64,000 nucleotides of DNA from Octopus sinensis (Eukaryota). Shown here in pieces: positions 1 through 13,338 of this stretch. Location: positions 20,460,001 through 20,524,000 of the forward strand of contig NC_042999.1 of NCBI RefSeq assembly GCF_006345805.1. Reading direction: 5' to 3'. A program made the position numbers and the translations under genes. The first letter of the stretch is position 1; each line of letters begins with the position of its first letter. The notes below the pieces were generated by a model. The model was not told where the DNA came from, did not search any database, and was given only the letters and a program-made list of their open reading frames with translations.

Positions 1-169
1 GATAAGCCACCCATAATTAGATACAACTCGCCCAACAAGAACTCACTACTTGAATGGACCATAAACAAAACTTGACTTACATAGGATTCGAATAATCCTA
101 TCACGTGGTGCTATTAAGTTAGACATGGCCTGGACCAATCTTTGGTCGAAACATATCTAAGTTTATCTA

Positions 170-218
<49 letters not shown>

Positions 219-284
219 GTATATTACACATATATACATATATATATATATGTAAATATACATATAACATACGTACATATATAC

Positions 285-315
<31 letters not shown>

Positions 316-317
316 CA

Positions 318-353
<36 letters not shown>

Positions 354-477
354 TACAATATTAATATACATATACATATATAATATATATATATACATTA
401 TATATATATATACACACATATATAATATATATATATATATTTATATATTTATATATATACATATATATATGTAAGGT

Positions 478-624
478 AATAAAATCAAAGTAAGCAACAT
501 AATTTCAAGTAGTAATGCAGTACGACCGTTGCAAGAAGTTCCATTTCACTGAATTTAATGGAGTCGCTTGAAACGTTCGTACTGCATTACAACTTGAAAT
601 CCTCTTACTTATTTTGATCTTATT
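478..624. repeat. ~150 bp foldback/palindromic element embedded in (TA)n
   Basis: ATTTCAAGTAGTAATGCAGTACGA (502-525) is the reverse complement of TCGTACTGCATTACAACTTGAAAT (577-600) with 1 mismatch. Inner and outer arms pair imperfectly. TA arrays on both sides. Confidence 0.75.
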
Positions 625-703
625 CAACGTACATACATTACATACCACATACATACATTATATATATATATACATATATATATATAATCTATATATATAT
701 ATA

Positions 704-742
<39 letters not shown>

Positions 743-775
743 GTATATTATATATAATAATATATATATATATAT

Positions 776-809
<34 letters not shown>

Positions 810-840
810 GTACATGTATATGTTAAACATATATATATAT

Positions 841-3008
841 GAAGTGTAATTATTCTCCCTATTTAAGTTGCACTTCATACGAAGCTCCGATGAAGCTACA
901 ATATTTTTTCTCAGGCACACAATTATAATAATGTGATGTAGATCTCAATATACTTATGCTTCAGAACGATGCGCATTAGTTGAGTATAGAGCGATAATAA
1001 GAAAATGATACCGAAAAAGGAATAAACGATTATCGCTTGAACTCGATTAACTTACAGCTTTCTTCTGCTATAAGATGCAGTGGACTCATAGTTGAATGCC
1101 TATACATACGTAAGTTTACACAAACATACACACGCACACATATTTATATATATGTATGTATGTATGGTATGTATGTGTGGAGGCACATGCCCTAACGGTC
1201 GAGGGATCGCAGGTTTGAATCTCAGACCGGGTGACGTGTATGTTTATGAGCGAAACACCTAAGCTTCACGTGGCTCCGGCAGAAGGTAATGGTGAACTTC
1301 TGCTGACTCTTTCGCCACAACTTTCTCTCTCTCTTTCCTCCTGCATCTTGCAGCTCACCTGCGACGGACCGGCGTCCCATCCAGGTGGGGAGCTTATACG
1401 CCAAGGAAACCGAGAAATCGGCCCCTTGAACCAGGCATGGCTCGAGAAGGAACAAACATGTATGTATGTATGAATGTATACGTACGTACGAAAGCGTATT
1501 ATCACCAATGGGAATCGAAGCTTATGACTGATCTATAATGTGCGTATAGGACACATTTCTTCAATAAAAGAAACAAACAACTTTTCCGTGTTTCCTCCAT
1601 TCAACCAACACAACAACTCCTCACTATAACAGTTCCATCCCTCTGGCTTTTTTAGCATTATTTTCTTTTTCTTCTCTTTTCATTTTTCGCTGTGCTTCAA
1701 CGTGCTTATTGATATACCTCTGGCTATAATTACCCTCTTTCTTTACTTGATACATTTGGGAAAATGCTAAAAAGACACAGCAAAAAAAAGTGACGTTGAA
1801 AAAAGGACACATTAGATTGTTGCATGCGTAGAAATAAATTTGAATATAAATATGTGATTGTGAAAAAAAAGCCGAGATATATAGATTTTTTTTCTTTTCA
1901 AAGTCACATATATATAAATACCAACATATATATATATATGAAGTGTAATTATTTCCCTATTTAAGTTGCACTTCATACGAAGCCTCCGATGAAGAAGCTC
2001 AATATTTTGTTTCTCAGGCACACATTATAATAATGTGATGTAGATCTCATTACTTATGCTTCAGAACGATGCGCATTAGTTGAGTATAGAGCGATCATAA
2101 AAATGATACCGAAAAAGGATAAACGATTATCGCTTGAACTCGATTAACTTACAGCTTTCTTCTTCTGCTATAGATGCAGTGGACTCATAGTTGAATGCCT
2201 CATACTGTAAGTTTACACCAACATACACACGCACCATATTTATATATATGTATGTATGTATGGTATGTCTGTGTGGAGGCACATGCCCTACGGTCGAGGG
2301 ATCGCAGGTTGAATCTCAGACCGGTGACGTGTATGTTTATGAGCGCAAACACCTAAGCTTCACGTGGCTCCGGCAGAAGGTAATGGGAACTTCTGCTGAC
2401 TCTTTCGCCACAACTTTCTCTCTCTCTTTCCTCCTGCATCTTGCAGCTCACCTGCGACGGACCCGCGTCCCTCCAGGTGGGGAGCTTATACGCCAAGGAA
2501 ACCGAGAAATCGGCCCCTTGAACCAGGCATGGCTCGAGAAGGAACAAACATGTATGATGTATGATGTATACGTACGTACGAAAGCGTATTATCACCAATG
2601 GGAATCGAAGCTTATGACTGATCTATAATGTGCGTATAGGACACATTTCTTCAATCAAAGAAACAAACAACTTTTCCGTGTTTCCTCCATTCAACAACAA
2701 CACAACAACTCCTCACTATAACAGTTCCATCCCTCTGGCTTTTTTAGCATTATTTTCTTTTTCTTCTCTTTTCATTTTTCGCTGTGCTTCAACGTGCTTA
2801 TTGATAAACCTCTGGCTATAATACCCTCTTTCTTTACTTGATACCTTTTGGAAAATGCTAAAAAGACACAGCAAAAAAAAGTGACGTTGAAAAAAGGACA
2901 CATTAGATTTTGCATGCGTAGAAATAATTTAATATAAATATGTGATGTGAAAAAAAGCCGAGATATATAATTTTTTTTCTTTTCAAAGTCACATATATAT
3001 AAATACCA
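841..3008 (+). repeat. Tandem duplication, ~1.1 kb unit x2 (841-1939 / 1940-3008)
   Basis: Both units start GAAGTGTAATTAT and are colinear throughout, including the same SINE. Differences are mostly small indels. Confidence 0.95.
1179..1458 (+). mobile_element. tRNA-derived SINE, family C (shared central segment, tail type 1); duplicate copy at 2275-2550
   Basis: Eroded tRNA-like head, central segment GAGCGAAACACCTAAGCTTCACGTGGCTCCGGCAG shared with 5733-6106 and 61209-61500, tail GCGACGGACCGGCGTCCCATCCAGG shared with 17144-17380. Confidence 0.8.
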
Positions 3009-3125
3009 CTATAATATATTATATATATAATATATTATATATATAATATAAATATATATATATATATAAATATAATATATATAAATATAAATATATATAT
3101 ATATACACACATATATATATATATC

Positions 3126-3156
<31 letters not shown>

Positions 3157-3407
3157 ATATATATATACGTATATACTGGTACATTATGAGTCCCTTCACA
3201 AATGCATTCAGACCAATATTGCAATGCTAAATAGTAGGGGAAAAAAAGAAAGGCTATGTGTGTATATGAGCGTGTTTGTTTGTGTGTGTTTGTGTGTTTG
3301 TTGTGTGTGTGTATGTGTGTGTACGTGCGTGTGTGTGTATGTGTGTGTACGTGCGTGCGTGTCTGAGTGTGACGAAAGAAATAAAGAGAGTAATAGATTG
3401 ATAGGCT

Positions 3408-3414
3408 GATAGAT

Positions 3415-3462
<48 letters not shown>

Positions 3463-3467
3463 GTAGG

Positions 3468-3550
<83 letters not shown>

Positions 3551-3555
3551 GTAGG

Positions 3556-3632
<77 letters not shown>
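3408..3632. repeat. (GATA)n microsatellite
   Basis: Direct reading; explains the IYLS-repeat ORF 3009..3704. Confidence 0.98.
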
Positions 3633-4109
3633 TACTAGATGGATAGATGAAAATACATGTGTATCGAGTGTAATATTAAAAAAATTTAAGCTGAATAAGT
3701 TCATGCAAGAACGTTTTTGGAACTCGGATTTTCATTCATAAAATATATAAATATACGTGCCTTTGATTCTTTCAGCAATTGTACGAGGCTGTACATTAAA
3801 GACATAAATTGCCACATATTATACAAACACTATGTATAAGAAACGTACGTTAGTAGACCAATCTGTACTACAATACAAAACAAATTCAAAATCGCTCATA
3901 TACTACAGGTACGAATAAACGTATCGGAATTACACATAGTATGATATAGTGTGTACCTCATTAAAAATGTAATAAACAATACGCAGACTATATATATTTC
4001 ACCTAGCCAGAAGCTCGGTAAGTATATATTGCTAAAACACCAGGATCAAAAACTTCCTCATCAATACAGAAGCATAAACCTGCAAGGCAATGAACATACT
4101 TCAGTCAAC

Positions 4110-4410
4110 CGCTTTATATAGAAATTTCAGTGTAAACATGAAAGGTATAAACTTCATAATTGAAACTGTTATATCGGACAAAAGTATAAGATTTTCTCGT
4201 CGGTTGATCATGCATTTCTAACAAGAACCTAATACTGCGCAGCTCTGTAAAAGAGAACGCGAAACAAAATTCGATAGTAGCAATGATTCGTTGAAAATAT
4301 AATCAACCTATAGAGAATTCGATAACAAAAACAAAAAAGCTAGATTTACCATGGAAAGTTTACTAGTAGTAAAATATAAACCAAAATCAATGAATACAGA
4401 CAGAGACTAA
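4110..4410 (+). pseudogene. Decayed Penelope-like element GIY-YIG endonuclease remnant
   Basis: Manual translation: FI*KFQC...NCYIGQ (4113-4181), then after a frameshift SRRLIMH (4195-4215), then ARFTMESLLVVKYKPKSMN (4339-4395). This matches the PLE order (V)YKFxC..YIGxT, LSRRLTMH, R..ES..I...P..N. Stops and frameshifts present. Confidence 0.7.
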
Positions 4411-4554
4411 GCAATAAATTATGAACGTAATGTAGAGATAACAGCTAAACAAATTTTTAAATCAGACGATGTTGATTTTTATCAGTTCCAACATAAAACC
4501 CATGGTGCGTGCTGTCTGCTTCAAAAAATACGGCTATAATTGTGAAAACTCCGC

Positions 4555-4602
4555 CACACCATTCAGAAGATGAGAGCAAGAAATTTTCGTAAACGTTAGT
4601 GG
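4555..4602 (+). ncRNA. Decayed hammerhead-like motif (putative pLTR) downstream of the PLE endonuclease
   Basis: CCAC..CAGAAGA-TGAGAG..TTTTC-GTAAAC-GTT-AGTGG. The core differs from CUGANGA/GAAAC by one substitution and one insertion; its position fits a Penelope pLTR. Confidence 0.35.
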
Positions 4603-4780
4603 CTCAAGAACTGTAATTAATTCAGACGCTGTGTAAAATTCTAATAAGTTAATATGAAGAAACTTAAAAGGAAAAGACAGAAGTGTAACATCTGATAGAG
4701 TCGTTGTTTAATATGGTAAATTTTGAAGCAGAAAATGACCACCAAACGCTGTTCCCAAAAGAGATAAATGCTTGATTATA

Positions 4781-5677
4781 CAGGGTGGACCAAAATGATC
4801 TGACACATTTGGAGGCTTAATAAAAGCACAAAATAAGAATTAATGAAAAGAAAAATTGTATAGGAGTGGCTGTGTGGTAAGTAGCTTGCTAACCAACCAC
4901 ATGGTTCCGGGTTCAGTCCCACTGCGTGGCATCTTGGGCAAGTGTCTTCTGCTATAGCCCCGGGCCGACCAATGCCTTGTGAGTGGATTTGGTAGACGGA
5001 AACTGAAAGAAGCCTGTCGTATATATCTATCTATATATATGTGTGTGTGTTTGTGTGTCTATCCTTGTCCCCCTAACATTGCTCGACAACCGATGCTGGT
5101 GTGTTTACGTCCCCGTCACTTAGCGGTTCGGCAAAAGAGACCGATAGAATAAGTACTGGGCTTACAAAGAATAAGTCCCGGAGTCGATTTGCTCGACTAA
5201 AGGCGGTGCTCCAGCATGGCCGCAGTCAAATGACTGAAACAAGTAAAAGAGTAAAAGAGAGTAAATGCTTCCCATCATTGTCAACACACTGTTGGAGACG
5301 TTCATGAAAGTTATCGATAAATCTATGCATCATTTCTCCTGGAATGTTTTCTATTTCTACACAATTTGCACGTTTTAATTCATCCATAGATCGAGGGTGA
5401 TGACTGAATACTTTTGATTTCAAATATCCCCACAAGAAGAAATCCCATTTCACCATTCCAGAAGAAATGATCCATAGAGTTATCGATAACCTTCATGAAT
5501 GTCTCCAACAATGTGTTGACAATGATGGGAAGCATTTAGCTGATTTAATTTTTAAAACTTAATGGCATAAAATGGCATTATATGTACATTCAGAAAATAA
5601 AATTTTTCTTTTCATTATTTCTTATTTTGTGCTTTTATTAAGCCTCCTAAAGGGTCAGATCATTTTGGTCCGCCTTG
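4781..5677. mobile_element. Tc1/mariner (DD37D/maT-like) non-autonomous foldback element with TA TSD, interrupted by a SINE
   Basis: TIR CAGGGTGGACCAAAATGATCTGAC at 4781, inverted copy ending 5677, TA at 4779-80 and 5678-79. Internal minus-strand WDFFLWGYLKSKVF...RLQQCVDNDGKHL is a transposase C-terminus. Confidence 0.85.
4862..5262 (+). mobile_element. tRNA-derived SINE family A (~400 bp; octopus OR-type, tentative)
   Basis: Head GGAGTGGCTGTGTGGTAAG...GGTTCAGTCCCAC (A/B-box-like), internal (TA)(TG) tract, tail GGTGCTCCAGCATGGCC...GAAACAAGTAAAAGA repeats. More than 15 copies in the window. Confidence 0.92.
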
Positions 5678-5732
5678 TATATGCCACGGTGTAAAGCTTG
5701 TACGCGTAATCGTGTTATAAATACGAATGGAA

Positions 5733-6106
5733 GCACTCCGTCGGTAACGACGACGAGGGCTCCGGTTGATCCGATCAACGGAACAGCCTGCTCGTGAAAT
5801 TAACGTGTAAGTGGCTGAGCACTCCACAGACACGTGTACCCTTAACGTAGTTCTCGGGGATATTCAGCGTGACGCAGAGAGTGACAAGGCCGGCCCTTTG
5901 AAATACAGGTACACAGAACCAGGAAGTAAGAGTGAGAGAAAGTTTGGTGAAAGAGTACAGCAGGGATCACACCATCCCTGCCGGAGCCTCGTGGAGCTTT
6001 AGGTGTTTTCGCTCAATAAACACTCACAACGCCCGGTCTGGGAATCGAAAACCGCGATCCTACGACCGCGAGTCCGCTGCCCTAACCACTGGGCCATTGC
6101 GCCTCC
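5733..6106 (-). mobile_element. tRNA-derived SINE family C (tail type 2), young copy with 12-bp TSD
   Basis: Intact tRNA-like head GGAGGCGCAATGGCCCAGTGGTTAGGGCAGCGGACTCGCGG on the minus strand. TSD TAAATACGAATG at 5718-5729 and 6109-6120. Confidence 0.9.
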
Positions 6107-6345
6107 ACTAAATACGAATGCTGTATTTTACGACATATAAGACGCACTGTTCTCCACTGTAAATGCTTCAAGAAATTCGCTCGCAGTCCTGCATTCAAAG
6201 TTGGACCTCACATAAACTATAATACATCGAAAATCATTTTTCTTATGTGTGCGCTTCTGAATTTGGGACACGTTTTGTATGCCCGTGCCTGTTTTATGCC
6301 ATCAAAAACGATACATATTCACGAATAGTAATACTCATATACTTA

Positions 6346-6740
6346 TACTAGCAGTATCGCCCGGCGTTGCTCGGGTTTGTAAGGGAAATAACTATACAGC
6401 ATTTTTAGAGAGTTATAGCCAACAAAAGCAAAAAAAATGCATTAAAAATGGAAAAATATGATGGTAAATTTTTTTTAAATCGTTGACTCATCGTAGACAT
6501 TTTTAGAGAGTTACGTCCCTTTAAAAAGATATGCATGAAAATGGAAAAAAATTATGGTAAATTATTTTTTAAATCGTAGGCTCATCGTAGACGCGCGCTA
6601 ATACGCAGAAGGGTTCGATATGAATCACGACTATGAGATACCCGGTTTTGGTTAAACTGCACCGCAAAATGTGGGAGTAGTTAGGAATCTAAATCGAAGG
6701 GGACAGACACTCACACAACTACAGTTTTATATATAAAGAT
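6346..6740 (+). mobile_element. Non-autonomous Helitron/Helentron-type element (HINE/Lep1-like)
   Basis: 5' TACTAGC..CCCGGCGTTGCTCGGG hairpin, internal ~95 bp direct repeat (6398-6498/6499-6592), GACAGACA tract, and 3' TTTTATATATAAAGAT end typical of this class (family recognised from memory). Confidence 0.65.
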
Positions 6741-7263
6741 ATTCAACAGTAGCAGATACTGGACTGGATTCAGATACATATACAAACACACGCTCACACA
6801 CACCTACTTAGAAAATACACAAACACGGACATGCAAGCACATGAAAATGCTGGATACATACATACAGATGTACACACATACGTACATATATACATACATG
6901 CACATGCAGACATACATACACACATACATAAGTACATTCATGCATACACACACATACACACACACTGACCCACACACATGCGCACAAACAAACAAACGGT
7001 AACGCAGTGTAAATAAAGGAGAGAGTCAAGACTATTGAAAAGGTTGCAAGACGCAACGAAAATTTTAGGAAAATAAAAATAAGAAATAAGCGGAAATTTT
7101 ACAGGTGAGTGTGTTACATTATAAGGCACAAAAAGAAAATTACTCTCCCCAGACACAACAGAATATGCTCAACACACAAACTCATATAAAGAATCTTGCA
7201 AAAAAATAAAAACGATATATATATATATATATATAATATATATATAGATAATATATATATATA

Positions 7264-7310
<47 letters not shown>

Positions 7311-7594
7311 ATATTATGTACATAAATACACACATACATACGTACATTCAGCATAGGTACACAGACATACACACACACTGACCCACACACATGTGACAAA
7401 AAAAAAACAAAGTATGTGGTGTGTGAGCGTGTGTTTGTTATATGTATCTGAAGAATGTCTAAGATGTGCTGACACGAAACGATCGTAGTGGTTATTCATA
7501 TGTTAAATCTTAATTTATATGAATTAGTTTATGTATTGGCTTAAGTCTTTCTTTGTTTGATTTACATAATAGGGTTTTGTCTCTAATTTGATAT

Positions 7595-7646
<52 letters not shown>

Positions 7647-7657
7647 GATATATAGAT

Positions 7658-7718
<61 letters not shown>

Positions 7719-8306
7719 GTATCTCACTTATCTAAGATATTAGGCATACATGAAAATATGTATGATTATATGGATGCCCATATGTATAAGAAGCACTATA
7801 CAAATGCATGTACTCAGGCCAGCAGGAAGATACGTTGTGAGAATAGAAGAGGCCATACTTCTAAATATTGATTCAATCGATAATGAGTTTGCTTTCTGAC
7901 ATTGATACCCTCTGCTGCCACAATTAGATCGACTGACACCGAGTATTTAAATCCGTTCCCCCGCATTTTGTGATCAATCAGCTAAAAGGTAACTAGTTTC
8001 TTGACCCAAAGAAAATAAGGGTATTCATAATGTGTGGCGAATGTTGTAGAAAAACTATAAGTGCATATATCTCGATACATACGTACGTGTATACATACAC
8101 ATACATATATTTATGTATATACACATACACTCAATATGTGTACATACTATATATATACATATACTCACAAATATATATTTTGCCTATGTGAGTTACAAAT
8201 ATTGTTATCTGTGGAGTAATATCTGTAGTAAAAAGGAATAAGCTGTTTTGCTTTGCTGTTTATTCTAAATTTTCGGTATGTGGTGAAGCAACCTGTTGCT
8301 TAAGCC

Positions 8307-8374
<68 letters not shown>

Positions 8375-8509
8375 ACGTATATATTTACACACACACAGAC
8401 AAATATATATTTATGCATATATATATAGATATATACATAACACAATATATGTACATACTATATTTATAACATATACATTCATGCATACATATATATTTAC
8501 ACACACGAC

Positions 8510-8576
<67 letters not shown>

Positions 8577-8725
8577 GTATATATGAATATATACATATAG
8601 AACACTTTTATGGATATACATACACACATACACACGCACATTCTCTCTCTCCCTCTGTTTCTCCCTCTCACTCTAAATATATATATATGTGTATTTAATT
8701 ATAATACATACATATATATATATGC

Positions 8726-8815
<90 letters not shown>

Positions 8816-9436
8816 GCATATACATATATTCAGCTGCATACGTACATACATATATATTTGTGTGTATGCATACACATTATGCAAACACTACATATTGTGT
8901 GTGAATGCGTGTGTGTGTGTAGATGCACATTCACGCAGGCGTAAAGTAGATTCGTTTCTCATCTATTCTAGTTCAGACATATGTCTTGATGGTCATATTT
9001 CAAATGTCTGGACATTTTATAGCAAAAATAAGTAAAACTCATTGGTAGTTAGACAAGTTTCCCATATACGAATTGGCATTAATATATTCAGACACAAAGG
9101 AACCAATCATTTGTAGACTACTTGGAAATTGATACAGCAAAAAAAAAAAAAAATCTGAAACTAAAAAAAGATAAATTAACGATAATATATAAGATTTTCT
9201 CGCTCCTTTCCCTTTCTCCCAATGTAATTTATACACACAAATATATATATATATATATATATACAATCCATTATACATACATACATACATATATATATAT
9301 ATAAATATATACACAGACAAACTATATATGCATTATATATGGTAAGTATAATATGTATATATATATGCATATATATGTATACATATATAATACATACCAT
9401 ACACATATAATATATATATATAATATTATATATATA

Positions 9437-9468
<32 letters not shown>

Positions 9469-10277
9469 TGATAGATAAATAGATGTGTATAGATAGACAG
9501 ATCTATAGATAGATAGGTAGACTAAGATTGAACCCATATGAGACCATAGTTTATACATTCTCTCTCTCTCTCTCATTCCACCCTCTCTCTCTCTCTGAAA
9601 CACACATTCATATACATAGATACATATATCAATATATAGGTACACACACACATATATATATCAATACTCCCACATTTATTCACATATACACACAAAGTAT
9701 TTCTAATATTGTTATTAAATGAAATTCCGCCAGGGTCGACTTTGCCTTTCATCCTTACGGGATCAGTAAATTTAATACCAGTTGCGACTAGCTCCTTCCC
9801 CCAAAATTTCGAGCCTTGTGCCTAAAGTAGAAAAGAATATTGCTATTAAATATATTTTCCTGAAACACTACTTTTGGTACTTAAATTTCCACCCCATGTA
9901 TAACAAAATATCATAATACCGCTTCAGAAATATCAGATGGCAACATGAACTACTATCTATGTTGCGTATAACTACCATTGAATGTGTTGTTAGAACATAT
10001 CTTGCGCATTGTAATCTAAGTCATGATAAATCTCACGGCTATTTTGGGAGGCTAATTTCTCATAGACCAACCATACGTTGTGCATTTAGAAGACAGTGTT
10101 CTTATTGAAATATTGTCAAAATCAATCTGAGTTGTTTTGGGGATAAAAAAGATGATTTGCGTTGGCTCAAACACTGTATAAAGCCGATCATTTCTAAGGA
10201 GACAACTGAATCTATTTCCGTATAACTGGCTTTTTGGCTGTATATACTTTTAAAAGAGCTTTGTAATTAGTTTAAAG

Positions 10278-10961
10278 CAGTGGTTCTTGAAAGTTTCAGG
10301 CTGTCGCCCCTTTGGTACATAGGCCAATTTTCTAGGGCCCCACCTCAACCTTACCACCACAAACACAGACCACTTTCTGCAGCAAATTCAAAACAGCTGT
10401 ATTTCACAAATAAAACTTAAACCTAATTAACCCACTTTTTACTTGTTTCAATCATGTGACTGTGGCCATGCTGGAGCACCGACTTTAGTCGAGCAAATCG
10501 ACCCCAGGACTTACTATTTGTAAGCCTAGTACTTATTCTATCGGTCTTTTTTGCCGAAACGCTAAGTTACGGGGACGTAAACACAGCAGCATCGGTTGTC
10601 AAGCGATGCTGGGGGACAAACGCAAACACACGAACATATACACACACATACATATAAATATATACATATATACGACGAAGTTTCAGTTTCCGTCTACCAA
10701 GTCCACTCACAAGGCTTTGGTGGGCTCGAGGCTATATAGAAGACACTTGCCCAAAGTGCCACACAGTGGAACTGAACCCGGAACCATGTGGTTGGTAAAC
10801 AAGCTACTTATCACACAGCCACTCCTACGCCTATTAATATTTTTACTACAAGTATCATCCCATTTTGGCCACCCCATTATCATCCCAATTTTCTTCAACG
10901 CCCCGACCCTGGCTCTTTCCACTACCCCAGGGGGCAATGCAGCCCACTTTGAGAACCACTG
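10278..10961. mobile_element. hAT (Charlie/Buster-like) MITE with nested SINE
   Basis: TIR CAGTGGTTCT at 10278 and AGAACCACTG ending 10961; 8-bp TSD GTTTAAAG (10270-77) / GCTTAAAG (10962-69) with central TA. Confidence 0.85.
10436..10827 (-). mobile_element. SINE family A, full length, nested in hAT MITE
   Basis: Reverse complement of 4862-5262 consensus. Confidence 0.9.
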
Positions 10962-11289
10962 GCTTAAAGCATTGTAACACGTAAATAAAATAACAAAAAG
11001 CGAAGGAAAGCTTTTAACAATTTCGAAACATGAAGTTGAATAAAACTTACATAGTCCAGGCTCAAAGGACTATCATCATAAGCAACAGGTTTAGAAATGT
11101 GAGGTTTTATCGTCCCTGCCATTTTGATAGACGGCTAGCTCTAAGTTAGTAGCATTGTTGGTACTGTCAAGCTACAGCTTGCCATCTACTACCGCACGAA
11201 CTGCGATCTCTATGACTACCCACAACATCAATTTTGAGAAGTTGCTGCTGTATGGCATTCGCCTGACAAAGCGAGGGGTCACTGCCCAT

Positions 11290-11342
11290 TTGGTAGGATT
11301 TACAAAATGGTAGGATTTACAAAATGGTAGGTTTTACAAAAA
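11290..11342. repeat. 17-bp tandem repeat x3 (TGGTAGGATTTACAAAA)
   Basis: Direct reading. Confidence 0.9.
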
Positions 11343-13029
11343 CTCACCTTCTTTAACCATATTCTTCTATTGATGAGTATTTGAGCTTGAAATATATAAA
11401 CGTTGCTCAATTTCCCTTTCTGCATTCTTAAAAGGTCGCTTTCAATTTTGTGATTATTACAATTTCTACTACTTTAAACCGCTTTACTCGTATTTCTCCT
11501 TAAAGGAGACTTTTCAATATTTTGTTATATTTTTTTCATTTCTATATTGCTTTATTTTTCAGTTTTCGTAGTAAATATTTCACTTTAACACCTCTCTTCC
11601 ATATTAACTTGTTGAATTTACTAGCCATTGGATTACTTTATACAACTAATTTCACTTTATACAAATTAATTAACAACACTACTCATACAAATTAATCAAA
11701 TTTTTCAAATTTGTAAATTTTCAACTAATCAATTTCTTAACAGTATCATACTAAATTATTACATCTAAATATTCATTTTCATAAAAAAATACTTAAATCT
11801 TAAATTCAATTATAACTTTTGGAAGTTTTAATTTCATTTTTAATTGAGATACACATTATCAGTTATAATTTACATCTTTAAATGTTATTAACGTTAACGA
11901 TATTATATTTAATTGGCCCATACAGAGGTCAGCGTTTTTCTGTTTTATAACAATGTATTTTATTAAAATCCACTTCCAAATACATATTTGACCCCACAAT
12001 CGGCCATAAAATATTTCAATGTATTATCCATATCTGAAACACAATCCAACGACCCTTTTATGTCTTAAAAACAGTGAAATGTATAATGTGGTCATAAAGA
12101 CGAAAAGTGAATGAAAACCCGTCATATATGTGTCTGAGTGTCTGAGTGTGTGTGTGTGTGTGGGTGTGTGTGTGTATGTGTGTGTGTGTGTGTGTGTGTG
12201 TTTGTGCGCCTTCGAGTCTGATCTTCCGTCGCCCCTTAACAAACAGTGTTGGTTTGTTTTCATCCCATTAACTAAGAGGATGTACACATGGGAACAATAA
12301 AACCAGTTCCAGACTTAAAAGTAGTTCTGAAGACTATTTGTCTAAAACACTTTAAGGCAGTGCTCCAGTATGACTACAGTTAAGTGATTGAAACGCGTAA
12401 ACAATAAAAGAAAAAGAAATCTAAAATGAATTTTTAAAAAATTACGTTTCATACTAAGAAAGAGAAATGGTATCAGTGTATTCAAAATATTTCTCAACAA
12501 CTCTAAAAGTAAATATTTAAACAGCCACCAAAACTAATATAAATTCTTTGTTGTTTACTAAACAAAAAAATGCTGACGTATCTACACAAGCAACCATTCC
12601 TACTTTCAAGATTTCTCTTCCATTATACTTCTTTAAATGACAGAGCGGCAATTATCCATTGACAGGTAATACTGGTTTTTACTTTACAGCTTGGGTATCT
12701 TCCAACGAACTGAAAAAAGTGCGCACCCTTTGCAGTCAGTTGTTTACTAACATCTATCAATTATTGTGGTTAATTGACTCGATTTGACTCAATCATTCTT
12801 TATACGGTTTGTTTTAAAAAAGCAATTTTATATATATGTATCTATATATATGTAAGACAGGCGCTTGTATATACATATATATATTTTTTCTCTCTAGTTA
12901 CAGCTCATAGCTCCGGCCATGCTGATGCACCGCCGTTTTGCTACACTGTTGTTACTAAGAGCCTCCACTAATATGTGGCACTTGGTGAAGAATGGAAGTT
13001 GATATAGCTACCCTTATTTTCACTTCTTG

Positions 13030-13220
13030 CTGTCAGGAAGAAGTCCAGCTATGATTTAAAAAACCCTAAATCTACTTTGTGCAAGTTCCTCTGACTCTTT
13101 GGGAGAATATTAAAAAGCTGTGGGCCTTTGAAACACAGGCTGTTGCAGTAACTGGTCCTGAAGCGTGATGGCATTGCTGGGATCTTTGGCACTATGCAAT
13201 GTCATCCCGTTCTGGCATTG
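13030..13220 (-). pseudogene. CR1-clade LINE ORF2 C-terminal remnant
   Basis: Translation NARTG*HCIVPKIPAMPSRFRTSYCNSLCFKGPQLFNILPKSQRNLHKVDLGFFKS*LDFFLT matches the CR1-type end motif (GP.LFN.LP..R......FK..LD.FL); 2 stops. Confidence 0.75.
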
Positions 13221-13302
13221 GTATATATATATTATGTGTGTGTGTGTGTGGAAAAAAAAAGTCAAGATAGAAAATGCTAAAATAATTTTATAAAAAACAT
13301 TT

Positions 13303-13338
13303 CAGTATCGGTTTCAGTCATTGAAACTTATTCAACTG
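13303..13338 (-). ncRNA. Decayed minimal hammerhead, U3-A8 family (element 13255-13520)
   Basis: Minus strand CAG-TTGAATA-AGTT-TCAAT-GACT-GAAAC-CG-ATA-CTG. Homologous to 62165-62200 but position 8 and the cleavage triplet are mutated. Confidence 0.45.

Noticed and set aside
3009-3704. 231-aa ORF and other IYIY/HTHT/CVCV/IYLS ORFs in the track
   Set aside because: Translations of (TA)n, (CA)n and (GATA)n microsatellites; no coding signal.
4862-4925. tRNA genes at SINE heads; CRISPR-like periodicity in minisatellites
   Set aside because: Heads have A/B-box-like motifs but no complete cloverleaf and continue into SINE bodies; repeats lack unique spacers and the DNA is eukaryotic.
8270-8312. 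AGCAAC/GTTGCT hairpin with remote HHR resemblance next to (TA)n
   Set aside because: Both core halves differ by 2 nt; only the hairpin is real.
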